A stretch of 64,000 nt of DNA. Source: Candidatus Zhuqueibacterota bacterium (lineage in GTDB: Bacteria; Zhuqueibacterota; Zhuqueibacteria; Thermofontimicrobiales; Thermofontimicrobiaceae). The notes under the pieces were generated by a model, which searched no databases, was not told the origin of the DNA, and saw nothing but the letters and a program-made list of their open reading frames with translations. The translations under genes were made by a program, and so were the position numbers. Of this stretch, positions 19,262-31,072 are shown piece after piece (within the stretch, counting starts at the first letter, position 1; the number at the start of each line of letters is the position of its first letter). The DNA is taken from positions 14,093-78,092 of the forward strand of contig JBMOPW010000001.1 in assembly GCA_049322915.1 (NCBI GenBank). The letters are read 5' to 3'.

Positions 19262-19681
19262 ATGGAATACTACAAAAATATCCTGATTGAAAAAGGAATC
19301 AAACCGACATTCCAGAGAATGAAGATTTTAGAGTTCCTTGATAAAACAGATATCCACGCCACCGTCGATATGATTTATGCCTCGTTGTTCAGAAAAGTGC
19401 CGACGCTCTCCAAAACGACCGTTTACAACACGCTGGATGTTCTCAGAAAACACGGACTGGTCAACGTTTTGACGATCACTGAATCGGAGCTACGGTACGA
19501 GTACTTTCATGAAATCCACCATCATTTCCTTTGTAGAAATTGCAGGCAGATTATTGATTTGCATGTGAAATGTACCTACGAAGAAATGATGCAGATTGAA
19601 GGACATAAAATAGAAGAGATCCATGGATATTTTAAAGGAGTCTGCAGAGACTGTCTCGGCAAAATGAATAACAGTGAATGA
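19262..19681 (+). CDS. Second Fur-family (PerR-like) regulator
   Basis: PTLSKTTVYNTL shared with 5860; HHHFLCRNC..IID; C-terminal CRDC. Confidence 0.88.
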   Translation: MEYYKNILIEKGIKPTFQRMKILEFLDKTDIHATVDMIYASLFRKVPTLSKTTVYNTLDVLRKHGLVNVLTITESELRYEYFHEIHHHFLCRNCRQIIDLHVKCTYEEMMQIEGHKIEEIHGYFKGVCRDCLGKMNNSE

Positions 19682-19702
19682 TTTATTTTCGAGGAGGTTT
19701 GT

Positions 19703-20203
19703 ATGGCTGAAGCGAAGGTTCTGGATATTTTGAAAGGCGCGATATTGCTGGAGAAAAAGGGGAAGGTGTTCTATGAAAAGACGGCTGCTCAAACAGAAAG
19801 CGCCGCTGTTCGGGAAGTGTTTGAAACGATGGCAAAGGAGGAAGACCATCACGTGGAAATTCTCACCAACCAGTTTGAATCCTACAGGAAGAACGGTCGC
19901 CTGGCAGCGCTGAAATATAATGCCAGTCCCGAACCGGTGAGTAATGCCGTCCTGACGCGACAGATTCGCGACGAGATCCATGCTTCAAGCTACGAAGCTG
20001 CGGCGATTTCAGCGGCGATGGCCATGGAGGATAAAGCGGTCGCCTATTATTCGGGAAGAGCCCATGCGACGGACGATGCCGAAGAAAAGAGGCTATACGA
20101 GTGGTTGGCAATCTGGGAAAAAACACACCTGCAATTCTTGAGTGATATCGATAAAGAACTTCAGCAAAATGTATGGTACGATAATCAATTCTGGCCCATG
20201 TAA
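19703..20203 (+). CDS. Ferritin-like / rubrerythrin-family di-iron protein without rubredoxin domain
   Basis: Two E...ExxH pairs (EEDHH, WEKTH). Confidence 0.85.
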   Translation: MAEAKVLDILKGAILLEKKGKVFYEKTAAQTESAAVREVFETMAKEEDHHVEILTNQFESYRKNGRLAALKYNASPEPVSNAVLTRQIRDEIHASSYEAAAISAAMAMEDKAVAYYSGRAHATDDAEEKRLYEWLAIWEKTHLQFLSDIDKELQQNVWYDNQFWPM

Positions 20204-20378
20204 AATTGCCCCGAATTTTTGAATCACCGGGAGCATCGCAGCAGCTCGTTGGATTATTGCGGACAGCACAGCGCGATGAAGTGAATGGAGCATGATCCGA
20301 AAATTGTAACTGCTGAAAGATGATAACTGAATTGTCAAAATAACACCCGTAACTATTTTATCGACAGGAGGAGTAGTA

Positions 20379-20885
20379 ATGAAAAAGATGACAGAGAAAT
20401 CCCTGCAGGAAGCGTTTGCTGGCGAATCCATGGCTCACATGAAATATCTCATTTTCAGCGATGTGGCTGAGAAAGAAGGATTCCCCAAGATTGCCAAATT
20501 GTTCAAAGCGATCGCCTATGCGGAACAGGTTCATGCGACAAACCATGCGCGTAACCTGGGATATATCAAATCAACGTCGGAAAATCTGATGACCGGAATT
20601 GAAGGTGAGTCATTCGAAGTGGATGAAATGTACCCGGCCTACGACGCCATTGCAAAATTGCAGGGCGAAAAAGCCGCCGAGAAATCTATTTTCTATGCTG
20701 TAGAAGCTGAGAAAATTCATGCGGAATTCTATAAACAAGCCAGGAAAAAAGTCGAGAGCAAAAAGGACTTTGTCCTGGAATCGGTGTATATTTGCCCGGT
20801 CTGCGGCTTTACCCACATTGACGATGATTTGCCGGAATTCTGCCCGGTCTGCGGCGTGTCCAGTGAAAAATTCAAAAAGTTCTAG
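20379..20885 (+). CDS. rbr: Rubrerythrin
   Basis: AFAGES, AEQVHA, EMYP, AEKIHA, CPVCG..CPVCG. Confidence 0.93.
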   Translation: MKKMTEKSLQEAFAGESMAHMKYLIFSDVAEKEGFPKIAKLFKAIAYAEQVHATNHARNLGYIKSTSENLMTGIEGESFEVDEMYPAYDAIAKLQGEKAAEKSIFYAVEAEKIHAEFYKQARKKVESKKDFVLESVYICPVCGFTHIDDDLPEFCPVCGVSSEKFKKF

Positions 20886-20907
20886 GACCGAATAGAATGG
20901 AGTCGAC

Positions 20908-20951
20908 AAAAGGCTGTTTACCGGAATGATTTCCTGAATGGCCTTTTTTTT
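20908..20951 (+). terminator. Probable intrinsic terminator
   Basis: Imperfect stem AAAAGGC..GCC followed by T8. Confidence 0.55.
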
Positions 20952-21376
20952 CATACAGCAGTGTTCTCAGAAATCAATGGCCTCGTTGGAAATTACCGGG
21001 GTTGAATCATTTTTCATTGGAAATCATCTAAGAATTACATCTAAAAAATGTAGTTACTCAGGCATGTTTTCTTGCCGCAAAGACTCCAAGTCACGAAGTT
21101 ACACGAAGATGTCAATTTCTTAGTCAATTGTTTTAAAACCAAATTTAACTTTTAAGAATTCATTCTTTTAGTTGTTTCTTTTTCTTTGTGCCTTTGAAGC
21201 TTCGTGGCTGAAGAGTTTCAAAATGAATTATGTAACCTGAAAAGAATGGCCATTTCAATTGCGGAGCGGAGTTAGCAAATCGACTGGTGAAAAAAAGCCG
21301 GCGGACAGTATATTTGGCCGGCAGCGCTTCAACCCCGCGCTGGAATGTCTTGATGAAAAGGAAAGGAAAATTGACC

Positions 21377-21985
21377 ATGATTAAAATGTACATAGGTATC
21401 GCGATGCTCATGATGGGCGTTGTATTCACAATGGACGGAATGGCCGGTGAGAAGAGCCAGCCGGAGGAGAACACGAGCATGCATTCAATTTACGATTTTA
21501 CAGTGAAGGACATTGATGGCAATGAAGTGAAACTGGATCGCTACAAAGGCAATGTCGTCCTCATTGTCAATGTGGCCAGCAAATGCGGTTTCACATCGCA
21601 GTACGAAGGGCTGCAAGAGATTTACGCGAAGTACAAAGAACTGGGATTTGTGGTGTTGGGCTTTCCGGCCAATAACTTTTTAGGTCAGGAGCCGGGGACC
21701 AATGAGGAGATCAAACAGTTCTGTTCTGCAAAATACAATGTCACGTTTCCCATGTTCTCCAAGATTTCTGTGAAAGGGAAAGATATAGCCCCGTTGTATA
21801 AATTTCTGACCGAGAAGGAGTCGAACAAGGAATTTGCCGGCGACATCGGTTGGAATTTCAACAAGTTCCTGGTGAACAGGGAGGGCAGAGTTGTCGGGCG
21901 TTTCGATTCCCGCACCCGTCCTGACAGCGAGAAGATGATTCGCGCCATTGAGCAGCATTTGAATGCCGCGTCGGATGCGAAATGA
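21377..21985 (+). CDS. Glutathione-peroxidase-family (Cys-type) peroxidase with signal-peptide-like N-terminus
   Basis: NVASKCGFT, GFPANNFLGQEPG, WNFNKFL; active-site codon TGC. Confidence 0.93.
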   Translation: MIKMYIGIAMLMMGVVFTMDGMAGEKSQPEENTSMHSIYDFTVKDIDGNEVKLDRYKGNVVLIVNVASKCGFTSQYEGLQEIYAKYKELGFVVLGFPANNFLGQEPGTNEEIKQFCSAKYNVTFPMFSKISVKGKDIAPLYKFLTEKESNKEFAGDIGWNFNKFLVNREGRVVGRFDSRTRPDSEKMIRAIEQHLNAASDAK

Positions 21986-22372
21986 TAGCGCCGGGCGGAG
22001 TGCGATTTTTAATGTTTCATGCCGGTCTGATCGGCGTGAATGAAGCCGGTCTGTACCGCCCTTCGTGAGCGTGCCGCGCTGTTCAGCGGCTATTTCAATG
22101 ATCGTTCAGGATATTTATCCCGAACGGTGCGACTATCCGGGGACATACGTTCCAAAATATTTACCACGCTGGATACATATCCAGCGCGATCAGGTTCCCG
22201 CTAAAAACATGTGACCGAAGGGAATGCCTGTGGTACGGGAATGACAGCATTCTATGAATGCGTTTTTAAAATCTTCAAACCTTATATAAATTTCTGAAAT
22301 GGTGTACTTAGCGCTTTTGTGGCTATTGCATCAGCCTGGTGAAAATGAATCCATATTGTCTGGAGGTGTTAC

Positions 22373-22564
22373 GTGATTAAAATGATAGAAGTTGTCGGTA
22401 TGTCGAAACAGAGTTTTTCAGATGCGGCCGGAACGGTGGTCCGAAAACTGGCGGACGATGGCCATAAAATTTACTGGTTCGAGGTCATGGAACAACGCGG
22501 CGCCATGCGCGGCAATGACATCGAATTTCAGGTGAAAGTGAATGTGGCTGTCGAAGATAAATAA
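22373..22564 (+). CDS. Dodecin-family flavin-binding protein
   Basis: KMIEVVG.S..SFSDA, WFEV.EQRG, EFQVKV; GGAGG RBS. Confidence 0.88.
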   Translation: MIKMIEVVGMSKQSFSDAAGTVVRKLADDGHKIYWFEVMEQRGAMRGNDIEFQVKVNVAVEDK

Positions 22565-22686
22565 AGTGGCGCAGGGACGAAAGTCACTACACAAATAGCG
22601 GAGAGTATGGGTGAAGATTCACACCTTCGTTCGCTGATCGTCCCAAACAATCATCAACAATGAATCAAACCAATTCGGAGGAAAAA

Positions 22687-22887
22687 ATGAAAACCAATGT
22701 CGGTCAAATAGATAGAATCATTCGCATTGTCGTCGGTCTGACAATCATCGCCCTGGGAGTTATCAACCATTCGTGGTGGGGCGCCGTTGGCCTGATTCCC
22801 ATGATGACAGCGGTGACGCGTCGTTGCCCGGCCTATACGCCGCTTGGCATTTCAACGTGTAAAATTGACGAATCAAAAAAGTCGTGA
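22687..22887 (+). CDS. DUF2892 (YgaP-like) small membrane protein
   Basis: NVGQIDRIIR ... CPAYTPLGISTC. Confidence 0.88.
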   Translation: MKTNVGQIDRIIRIVVGLTIIALGVINHSWWGAVGLIPMMTAVTRRCPAYTPLGISTCKIDESKKS

Positions 22888-22921
22888 TTTCTCTTTGCCA
22901 ATAATGATGAACCTTCACGAG

Positions 22922-22962
22922 ACCCCGACGGGACAGCAATGGAACGTCGGGGTATTTTTTTT
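22922..22962 (+). terminator. Intrinsic terminator
   Basis: ACCCCGACG / CGTCGGGGT followed by A and T8. Confidence 0.8.
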
Positions 22963-23239
22963 CCTGAGACGGCGGCTCCGATGAGCAGGGAATCGTAGTT
23001 CCAGGCGAAATGGGAAGACAGCCGCAATGCCTTCACTGCCCGGACCACTCATTGAAAAGAAAGCCCTTTTTCACTGGATTTAAAAGCTCTTGCTGCTCAT
23101 GTCTGAACCGAATTGCCTGATGCGTCATTCCGGGATGGCGGTGGAAATCGGACGGCGATCATCAGGATGGCCTGGCTTCTCTTGCCACTGCGACGCAGTT
23201 TGGATGCAACATCGCTGCACCAAAAAATGAAAAAATGCC

Positions 23240-23268
23240 TTGACTTTATATCTGCTTTAATTTATATT
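23240..23268 (+). promoter_or_regulatory. Sigma70-type promoter for sdhA/frdA
   Basis: TTGACT-17 nt-TATATT. Confidence 0.65.
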
Positions 23269-23415
23269 CATTTCAATTTCGAATGTCTTGCAATTGCAGT
23301 CGCACAGCGATTGGCCTGTTCCGATGCTGTTCCCGGTTACATCAGGAGTTCATTTGAGTAGCGAGTGTTGGATAAAGTTGTTGACAGAGAAACATGCAAA
23401 GCGGAGGATTTGTTC

Positions 23416-25113
23416 ATGCGCATTTCGGAAGAATTCACACATGATATTGTAATCATCGGCGCCGGGCTGGCCGGATTGAGCGCTGCCCTGGAGGTGAAAG
23501 AGTCGGACAGTTCCGTGGATGTGGCCGTGGTGACGAAAGTGCACCCGGTGCGCTCGCATTCCGGTGCAGCCCAGGGCGGGATAAACGCGGCGCTGCGGTT
23601 CGATGATAGCTGGCATTCGCACATGTACGATACAGTCAAGGGGTCGTGGTTCCTGGCGGATCAGGATGCGGCGCGGGTTTTGTGCAGCGAGGCTAAGGAA
23701 TGTATTTCGCGATTGGACAAATACGGCGCGCTGTTCGACCGGAATGAAGACGGAACGATAGCCCAGCGGGCCTTCGGCGGACAGAGTCGCCTGCGAACCT
23801 GCTATGTCGCGGACAAGACCGGCCATAACCTGCTGCACACGCTGTACGAGCAGGCGTTGAAGCGAGACGTGAACATTTACTGGGAATGGTTTGTCCCGGC
23901 ATTGCTCATCGAAGACGGCGCATTCAGAGGCATCATAGCCATCGATTTAATCACGGGCAATGTCAATCTCATCCGGGCCAAGTCGTTGATCATCGCTACA
24001 GGCGGCGCTGGAAGAATTTACGGCCAGAGCAGCAATGCGCTCATCAACACCGGCGACGGCACTGCATTGGCGTACCGGGCCGGCATTCCGCTCAAAGATA
24101 TGGAATTTTTTCAAATTCATCCCACCGGTCTCTTGAACGGGATTCTCATCACCGAGGGCGCGCGTGGTGAGGGTGGTTACCTGCTCAATAGCAACGGCGA
24201 GCGCTTCATGCAGCGCTATGCCCCGAAATTTATGGAACTTGCTCCGCGCGATTTTGTAGCCCGGTCCATTCATCTGGAAATTCAGGAAGGACGGGGAATT
24301 AACAACGAGTATGTGCATCTGGATTTGCGGCATCTGGGCGAGGAGAAAATTAAGACGCGCCTGCCGCAGATTCGCGAAATTGCCATGGTGTTTGCCGGCG
24401 TTGATCCGGTGCACGAGCCAATTCCCATCCGACCCACGGTGCATTACACCATGGGCGGCATTGATGTGGACGTCAACGCGCGCACGCGCATCCCCGGCGT
24501 TTTCGCTGCCGGCGAGTGCAGTTGCGTGAGCGTGCACGGCGCCAATCGGCTGGGCGGAAATTCACTGCTGGAGACCGTAGTCTTCGGTGTTCGCAGCGGC
24601 ATTGAGGCGATGAAATTTGTCAAACAGCACGCGCTGTTAGCCTGCTCAAACGAGTTGATAGCGGACGCGTTGCAGCCGTTGAATGAGCTATTGGCCCGCA
24701 CCGGCGGCGAAACCGTAGCAACCATTCGTAACGATATGGAAAAGACCATGATCCGCAGTTTCGGCATTTTCAGAAAAGGCGATCTGATGGAACAGGGTCT
24801 CAATGAAATAAGGCGACTGAAACAGCGGTACGCCGGGATTATCGTGAAGGATAAAGGGACAATCTACAATCTGAACCTCGTCCGAACGCTGGAATTGGGT
24901 TTCATGCTGGACCTGGCAGAGGCGATTGCCATCGGCGCGATTGCCCGGAAGGAAAGCCGCGGCGCGCACTTCCGCGAGGATTATCCCAAAATGGACAATC
25001 AACATTTCCTCAGGCATACCCTGATTCAGTATGCCGGCGCCGATGTCCCGCAACTGAGTTACAAGGATGTGGTGATTGAAGACATTGAGCCACTGGCGGA
25101 AATTCGGTATTGA
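23416..25113 (+). CDS. sdhA: Succinate dehydrogenase / fumarate reductase flavoprotein subunit
   Basis: GAGLAG, RSHSGAAQGG (covalent-FAD His), QIHPT, TEGARGEGG, HYTMGG, HGANRLGGNSL, ESRGAH; reaction direction not determinable. Confidence 0.9.
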   Translation: MRISEEFTHDIVIIGAGLAGLSAALEVKESDSSVDVAVVTKVHPVRSHSGAAQGGINAALRFDDSWHSHMYDTVKGSWFLADQDAARVLCSEAKECISRLDKYGALFDRNEDGTIAQRAFGGQSRLRTCYVADKTGHNLLHTLYEQALKRDVNIYWEWFVPALLIEDGAFRGIIAIDLITGNVNLIRAKSLIIATGGAGRIYGQSSNALINTGDGTALAYRAGIPLKDMEFFQIHPTGLLNGILITEGARGEGGYLLNSNGERFMQRYAPKFMELAPRDFVARSIHLEIQEGRGINNEYVHLDLRHLGEEKIKTRLPQIREIAMVFAGVDPVHEPIPIRPTVHYTMGGIDVDVNARTRIPGVFAAGECSCVSVHGANRLGGNSLLETVVFGVRSGIEAMKFVKQHALLACSNELIADALQPLNELLARTGGETVATIRNDMEKTMIRSFGIFRKGDLMEQGLNEIRRLKQRYAGIIVKDKGTIYNLNLVRTLELGFMLDLAEAIAIGAIARKESRGAHFREDYPKMDNQHFLRHTLIQYAGADVPQLSYKDVVIEDIEPLAEIRY

Positions 25114-25228
25114 GTCGCTCCATCGGCGTCAGAACAGAGCAGCCGTGCGCATCGGCAACGGTTGGCGCGCTGAAATCACCTGAAAAGTGAAAAAATATTC
25201 CAAGCGTATCAGATTGATTTTTCTTGGA

Positions 25229-25270
25229 GCTGATGGCTGATAGCTGATGGCTGATAGCTGAAAGCTGAAA
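25229..25270. repeat. Six tandem heptamers GCTGA(TG/TA/AA)
   Basis: GCTGATG GCTGATA GCTGATG GCTGATA GCTGAAA GCTGAAA. Confidence 0.9.
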
Positions 25271-25361
25271 GCGAATCGCTCAAAGTAGGCTGAATAAAAA
25301 ATGAATGCACGAACATCACCTATGAACACATATTGCGTTGGATTGAAGAAGAGGAGTTCCC

Positions 25362-26072
25362 ATGAAAGTCAAGGTTCGAATTTTCAGATATAATCCGGAA
25401 GAAAACCGGGAAGGCAGATTGGTCGATTACACCGCCGAACTGGAGCCAGGCATGTCGGTGCTGGCGCTACTGCATCAGATTCACGATGAGCAGGACGAAA
25501 CGCTGGCCTATCGCTATTCCTGCCGCGGCGCGATTTGCGGCACCTGCGCGCTTCGGATTAATGGCATGGCTCGGCTGGCGTGTAAAACACAGGTGGCGGA
25601 TTTGTTGAAGGAGACCGAGACCATCACCCTGGAGCCACTGGCCCATTTCGGCGTGGTCAAAGATCTGGTCGTGGATCGCGTTCCGTTCTGGCAGGCGGTG
25701 AAAGCCACCATGCCCTGGCTTGTCCGCGAAAAAGAGATGGCTGATGAGCGGCTGACCTACGAATCCCATCTGGATAAAATGTCGCTGGATCAATTGAATC
25801 ACTCGGCAGATTGTATCAAATGCACCTGCTGTTATTCGGACTGCCCCAAAGTGGATGAAGCGCCGGAATTCGTTGGGCCGGCGGTGTCCATTCAGGTGTA
25901 TCGGCAGATGTTCGATCCGCGCGACAGAAACACAGAGGCGCGGGCGAAGTTTATCGGCGCTGAAAACGGGGTCTCTGCCTGCGATAAACATGCAGTCTGC
26001 GTGAAAGTTTGTCCCAAGGACTGCCGGCCATTGCGGGCGATTACATTTATTCAAAAACGTATTGGGGCGTGA
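25362..26072 (+). CDS. sdhB: Succinate dehydrogenase / fumarate reductase Fe-S subunit
   Basis: SCRGAICGTC..LAC, VKDLVVD, CIKCTCCYSDCP, C-x5-C-x3-CP. Confidence 0.9.
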   Translation: MKVKVRIFRYNPEENREGRLVDYTAELEPGMSVLALLHQIHDEQDETLAYRYSCRGAICGTCALRINGMARLACKTQVADLLKETETITLEPLAHFGVVKDLVVDRVPFWQAVKATMPWLVREKEMADERLTYESHLDKMSLDQLNHSADCIKCTCCYSDCPKVDEAPEFVGPAVSIQVYRQMFDPRDRNTEARAKFIGAENGVSACDKHAVCVKVCPKDCRPLRAITFIQKRIGA

Positions 26073-26109
26073 AAACAGCTAACGAGGAGACAACCATTGT
26101 GAGGAAATC

Positions 26110-27273
26110 ATGGGACGGATGATAAATTTCGATCATAATTCTGCAACCCAACCGTTGCCTGAAGTGGTAGAGAGCATGCTGCCATTCCTGCGTGAAAATT
26201 TTGGCAATCCATCCAGCATGCACAGCGAGGGACAAAAGGCGAAAGCAGCCCTGGAAAATGCCAGGGAACAAGTGGCGGCGCTGATCAATGCATCTCCGGA
26301 AGAGATTTATTTCACGGCGTCCGGCAGCGAGTCCAACAATTTTGCTATCAAAGGCGTTGCGGTCGGAAATCAGAAAAAGGGGAATCATATCGTCGTGTCA
26401 GCGATCGAGCATTTCTCGGTGCTGCAATCGGCAAAGTCGCTGGAGAAACTGGGATTCGCTGTGACCCTTTTACCTGTGGATGGCGCGGGCATGGTGAATC
26501 CCGCGGATGTGAAACAGGCGATCACGGACGAAACCATTCTCGTGTCCATCATGCACGCCAATAATGAAGTGGGCACGATTGAGCCCATCGAAGAGATCGG
26601 GCAGATTGTGAAAGAGCGGGGAATTCTCTTTCACAGCGACGCAGTTCAGACGGCCGGATCCATTCTGGTGGATGTCCGCCGGTTGAATGTCGATCTGCTG
26701 AGCCTTGCGGCGCAGAATTTCTATGGCCCGAAAGGCGTTGCAGCGCTTTACATCAAAAAAGGAACGCGCATTAATCCGCTCATCGATGGCGGCATCCAGG
26801 AAGGCGGGCGTCGCGCCGGCACGGAGAACATGATGGGAATTGTGGGCATGGGCGCTGCCGCAGAAATTGCGCTTCAAAGAATGGACGAGCGGATGACCCA
26901 CGTTCGGTCCCTGCGCGATGCCATGATTCGCACCATCGAGGAGAAGATTGAGCATGTCTATCTCCACGGGCATCGGGAGAAGCGGCTGCCGAATAATGTC
27001 AGTTTTGGATTTGAGTACATCGAAGGCGAGTCGATTTTACTCTTCCTCGGAATGGATCAAATCATCGCGTCGAGCGGCTCTGCCTGCGCATCCAAAGCCT
27101 TGAAGGCGTCCCACGTTCTTTTGGCTGTCGGCGTTTCCCATGCCATTGCCAACGGGACGATTCTGTTCACACTGGGAATCGATAATACCCGGGACGACAT
27201 CGCGCTGTTGGGCGAAAAATTGCCCGGCGTGGTGAACAGGCTCCGGGAGATGTCGCCGTTGTACAAACGATGA
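26110..27273 (+). CDS. iscS: IscS/NifS-like protein lacking the PLP-binding lysine
   Basis: NPSS, SGSESNN, IEH, NNEVGT, DAVQ, RAGTEN, SSGSACAS; QNFYGPKG in place of HKFYGPKG. Confidence 0.85.
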   Translation: MGRMINFDHNSATQPLPEVVESMLPFLRENFGNPSSMHSEGQKAKAALENAREQVAALINASPEEIYFTASGSESNNFAIKGVAVGNQKKGNHIVVSAIEHFSVLQSAKSLEKLGFAVTLLPVDGAGMVNPADVKQAITDETILVSIMHANNEVGTIEPIEEIGQIVKERGILFHSDAVQTAGSILVDVRRLNVDLLSLAAQNFYGPKGVAALYIKKGTRINPLIDGGIQEGGRRAGTENMMGIVGMGAAAEIALQRMDERMTHVRSLRDAMIRTIEEKIEHVYLHGHREKRLPNNVSFGFEYIEGESILLFLGMDQIIASSGSACASKALKASHVLLAVGVSHAIANGTILFTLGIDNTRDDIALLGEKLPGVVNRLREMSPLYKR

Positions 27274-27486
27274 ATTTATGGAATTAATAAAAAAATCCGG
27301 ATTTCAAAATAAATGGATTGAATCTAGCCAGCATTATTCATAGTATTTTTAAAGGAGGCTGGCTAACCTGAATGGTGCTCTTTTTAGAATAAACGTATAA
27401 AAGCTGAGTTTCAAAATAGCTTAGCCTTTAGCTAATTGAAAATCTAAATGTTGACTCAAATTCTGAGCAAGTTCATGAATAATTCA

Positions 27487-27650
27487 GGCTAAAAAGCCTT
27501 ATGAGGCTTTGATATGCTATGTGTGATATTTTTCCCACGTCATAAATGACGTGGCTATTCAATTGAAAAAAATGAAAGTCAGATTACCTGAATAGCCCCG
27601 ACTTTTAAGTCAGGGAACAGAATTTACCTTTGATTATTGGGCTTTAGCCC
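27487..27650. repeat. REP-like inverted doublet of palindromes
   Basis: GGCTAAAAAGCC..CCACGTCAT-AA-ATGACGTGG-CTATTC / GAATAG-CCCCGACTTTTAAGTCAGGG..GGGCTTTAGCCC. Confidence 0.7.
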
Positions 27651-27689
27651 TTTGTAGAGTGGACTTATAAATAGAAGGAAGAAAATCGG

Positions 27690-28118
27690 ATGAATGGCCC
27701 ATACACAGAAAAAGTCATGGATCATTTCATGAATCCCCGAAACGTGGGCGAGATTGCGGACGCCGACGGCGTGGGCACTGTGGGCAATCCTGCCTGCGGC
27801 GATATCATGCAAATGTTCATTAAAGTCAAAGACGACGTCATCGTCGATGCCAAGTTCAAGACATTTGGCTGCGGCGCCGCCATTGCCACCAGCAGCATGG
27901 CGACTGAACTCATCAAAGGCAGGACCATCAGCGATGCGCTCAAGGTTACCAATGAAAAAGTGACCAAAGAGTTGGGCGGACTGCCCAAGGTGAAACGCCA
28001 TTGCTCGGTCCTCGCGGAGCAGGCGTTGCAAAGCGCGCTGGATGATTATTACAAGAAAAAAGGTATCCCTTCTCCGGTCCTGTTGAAAACCGAAGAAGAG
28101 ATGCACGAAGAAGAATAA
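27690..28118 (+). CDS. iscU: Fe-S scaffold IscU/NifU-N
   Basis: DHFMNPRNVG, GNPACGD, FKTFGCG, LPKVKRHCS. Confidence 0.95.
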   Translation: MNGPYTEKVMDHFMNPRNVGEIADADGVGTVGNPACGDIMQMFIKVKDDVIVDAKFKTFGCGAAIATSSMATELIKGRTISDALKVTNEKVTKELGGLPKVKRHCSVLAEQALQSALDDYYKKKGIPSPVLLKTEEEMHEEE

Positions 28119-28244
28119 ATCGAAAAGCGAATGTAGTCCGCGCATAACCGGTCGGCCGTGGGCCTGTCTATTCCGGCTCGGGACGCCCGCGTTAGTTTGG
28201 AGTGAAACGTCACCGAGGAGTGATGCAGCGTGAAATTCATAGCG

Positions 28245-28287
28245 AGTGGCAGAGAAAAAATGGATGCGTGTCTGCCACTTTTTTTTT
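28245..28287 (+). terminator. Terminator-like hairpin between iscU and tusA
   Basis: AGTGGCAGA / TCTGCCACT followed by a T run. Confidence 0.65.
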
Positions 28288-28308
28288 GTCACGTATCAGG
28301 GATATTTG

Positions 28309-28542
28309 ATGATGAAACATGATGCAGTTGAAGATTGCCTGGGTCTGTACTGTCCCATGCCAATTATCAAAACAGCGGAGCGCATGAAGACGCTGGCTCC
28401 GGGCCAGATTCTTCAGGTGATTTCTGATGATTCGGGCATTGTTGAAGATATGCCGAACTGGTGCAAAATGACCGGCCAGGAATATCTGGGAATCGAGCAG
28501 CATCACGATGAATATCGGGTGTATGTCAGGAAAGTGCGATAA
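28309..28542 (+). CDS. tusA: TusA/SirA-family sulfur carrier
   Basis: DCLGLYCPMPI, ISDD, DMPNWC. Confidence 0.9.
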   Translation: MMKHDAVEDCLGLYCPMPIIKTAERMKTLAPGQILQVISDDSGIVEDMPNWCKMTGQEYLGIEQHHDEYRVYVRKVR

Positions 28543-28601
28543 TTCATTTGTCTGAATCGAATCGGCTCCAATGAAGCGCCGACACATCCGGGAAGGGAAC
28601 A

Positions 28602-30683
<2,082 letters not shown>

Positions 30684-31072
30684 CTGAATGGTGATGAAAA
30701 TCCCGAATGAAACCCTGGTTCCCTGACGTTCCCTCCGGATTTTCTCACAAAGTCATTTCACATAATCTGTTCGAATCAAACCCTATTCTCATTGGCGCTG
30801 TAAACGAAGCTCAAACCATGGGGTCGAAGGCGTGCCCGGCGAACGGTCCGCAGAAGGACAACCGCGCTGAGCATGCGAGGTTTGCAGGGATGGATGTAAA
30901 AACATAGGGAGAGTGCAAGTCAGCTTATTTTTACAATGCGCTATTTGGCGAGTAATTGCATGGAGTCCCGGCCGGCATGCAGATGAAGATATGTGAAAGT
31001 ATCATGTCGCGATTCCCAGGACGATGCAATGCATTCCCGGATTGGCGCGAATTGATCTCGAGAGGCAAGCAT

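Noticed and set aside
21584..21586. Selenocysteine in the GPx active site
   Set aside because: The codon is TGC (Cys).
25229..27650. Repeats considered as a CRISPR array
   Set aside because: No regularly spaced 23-50 nt repeats with unique spacers, and no cas genes.
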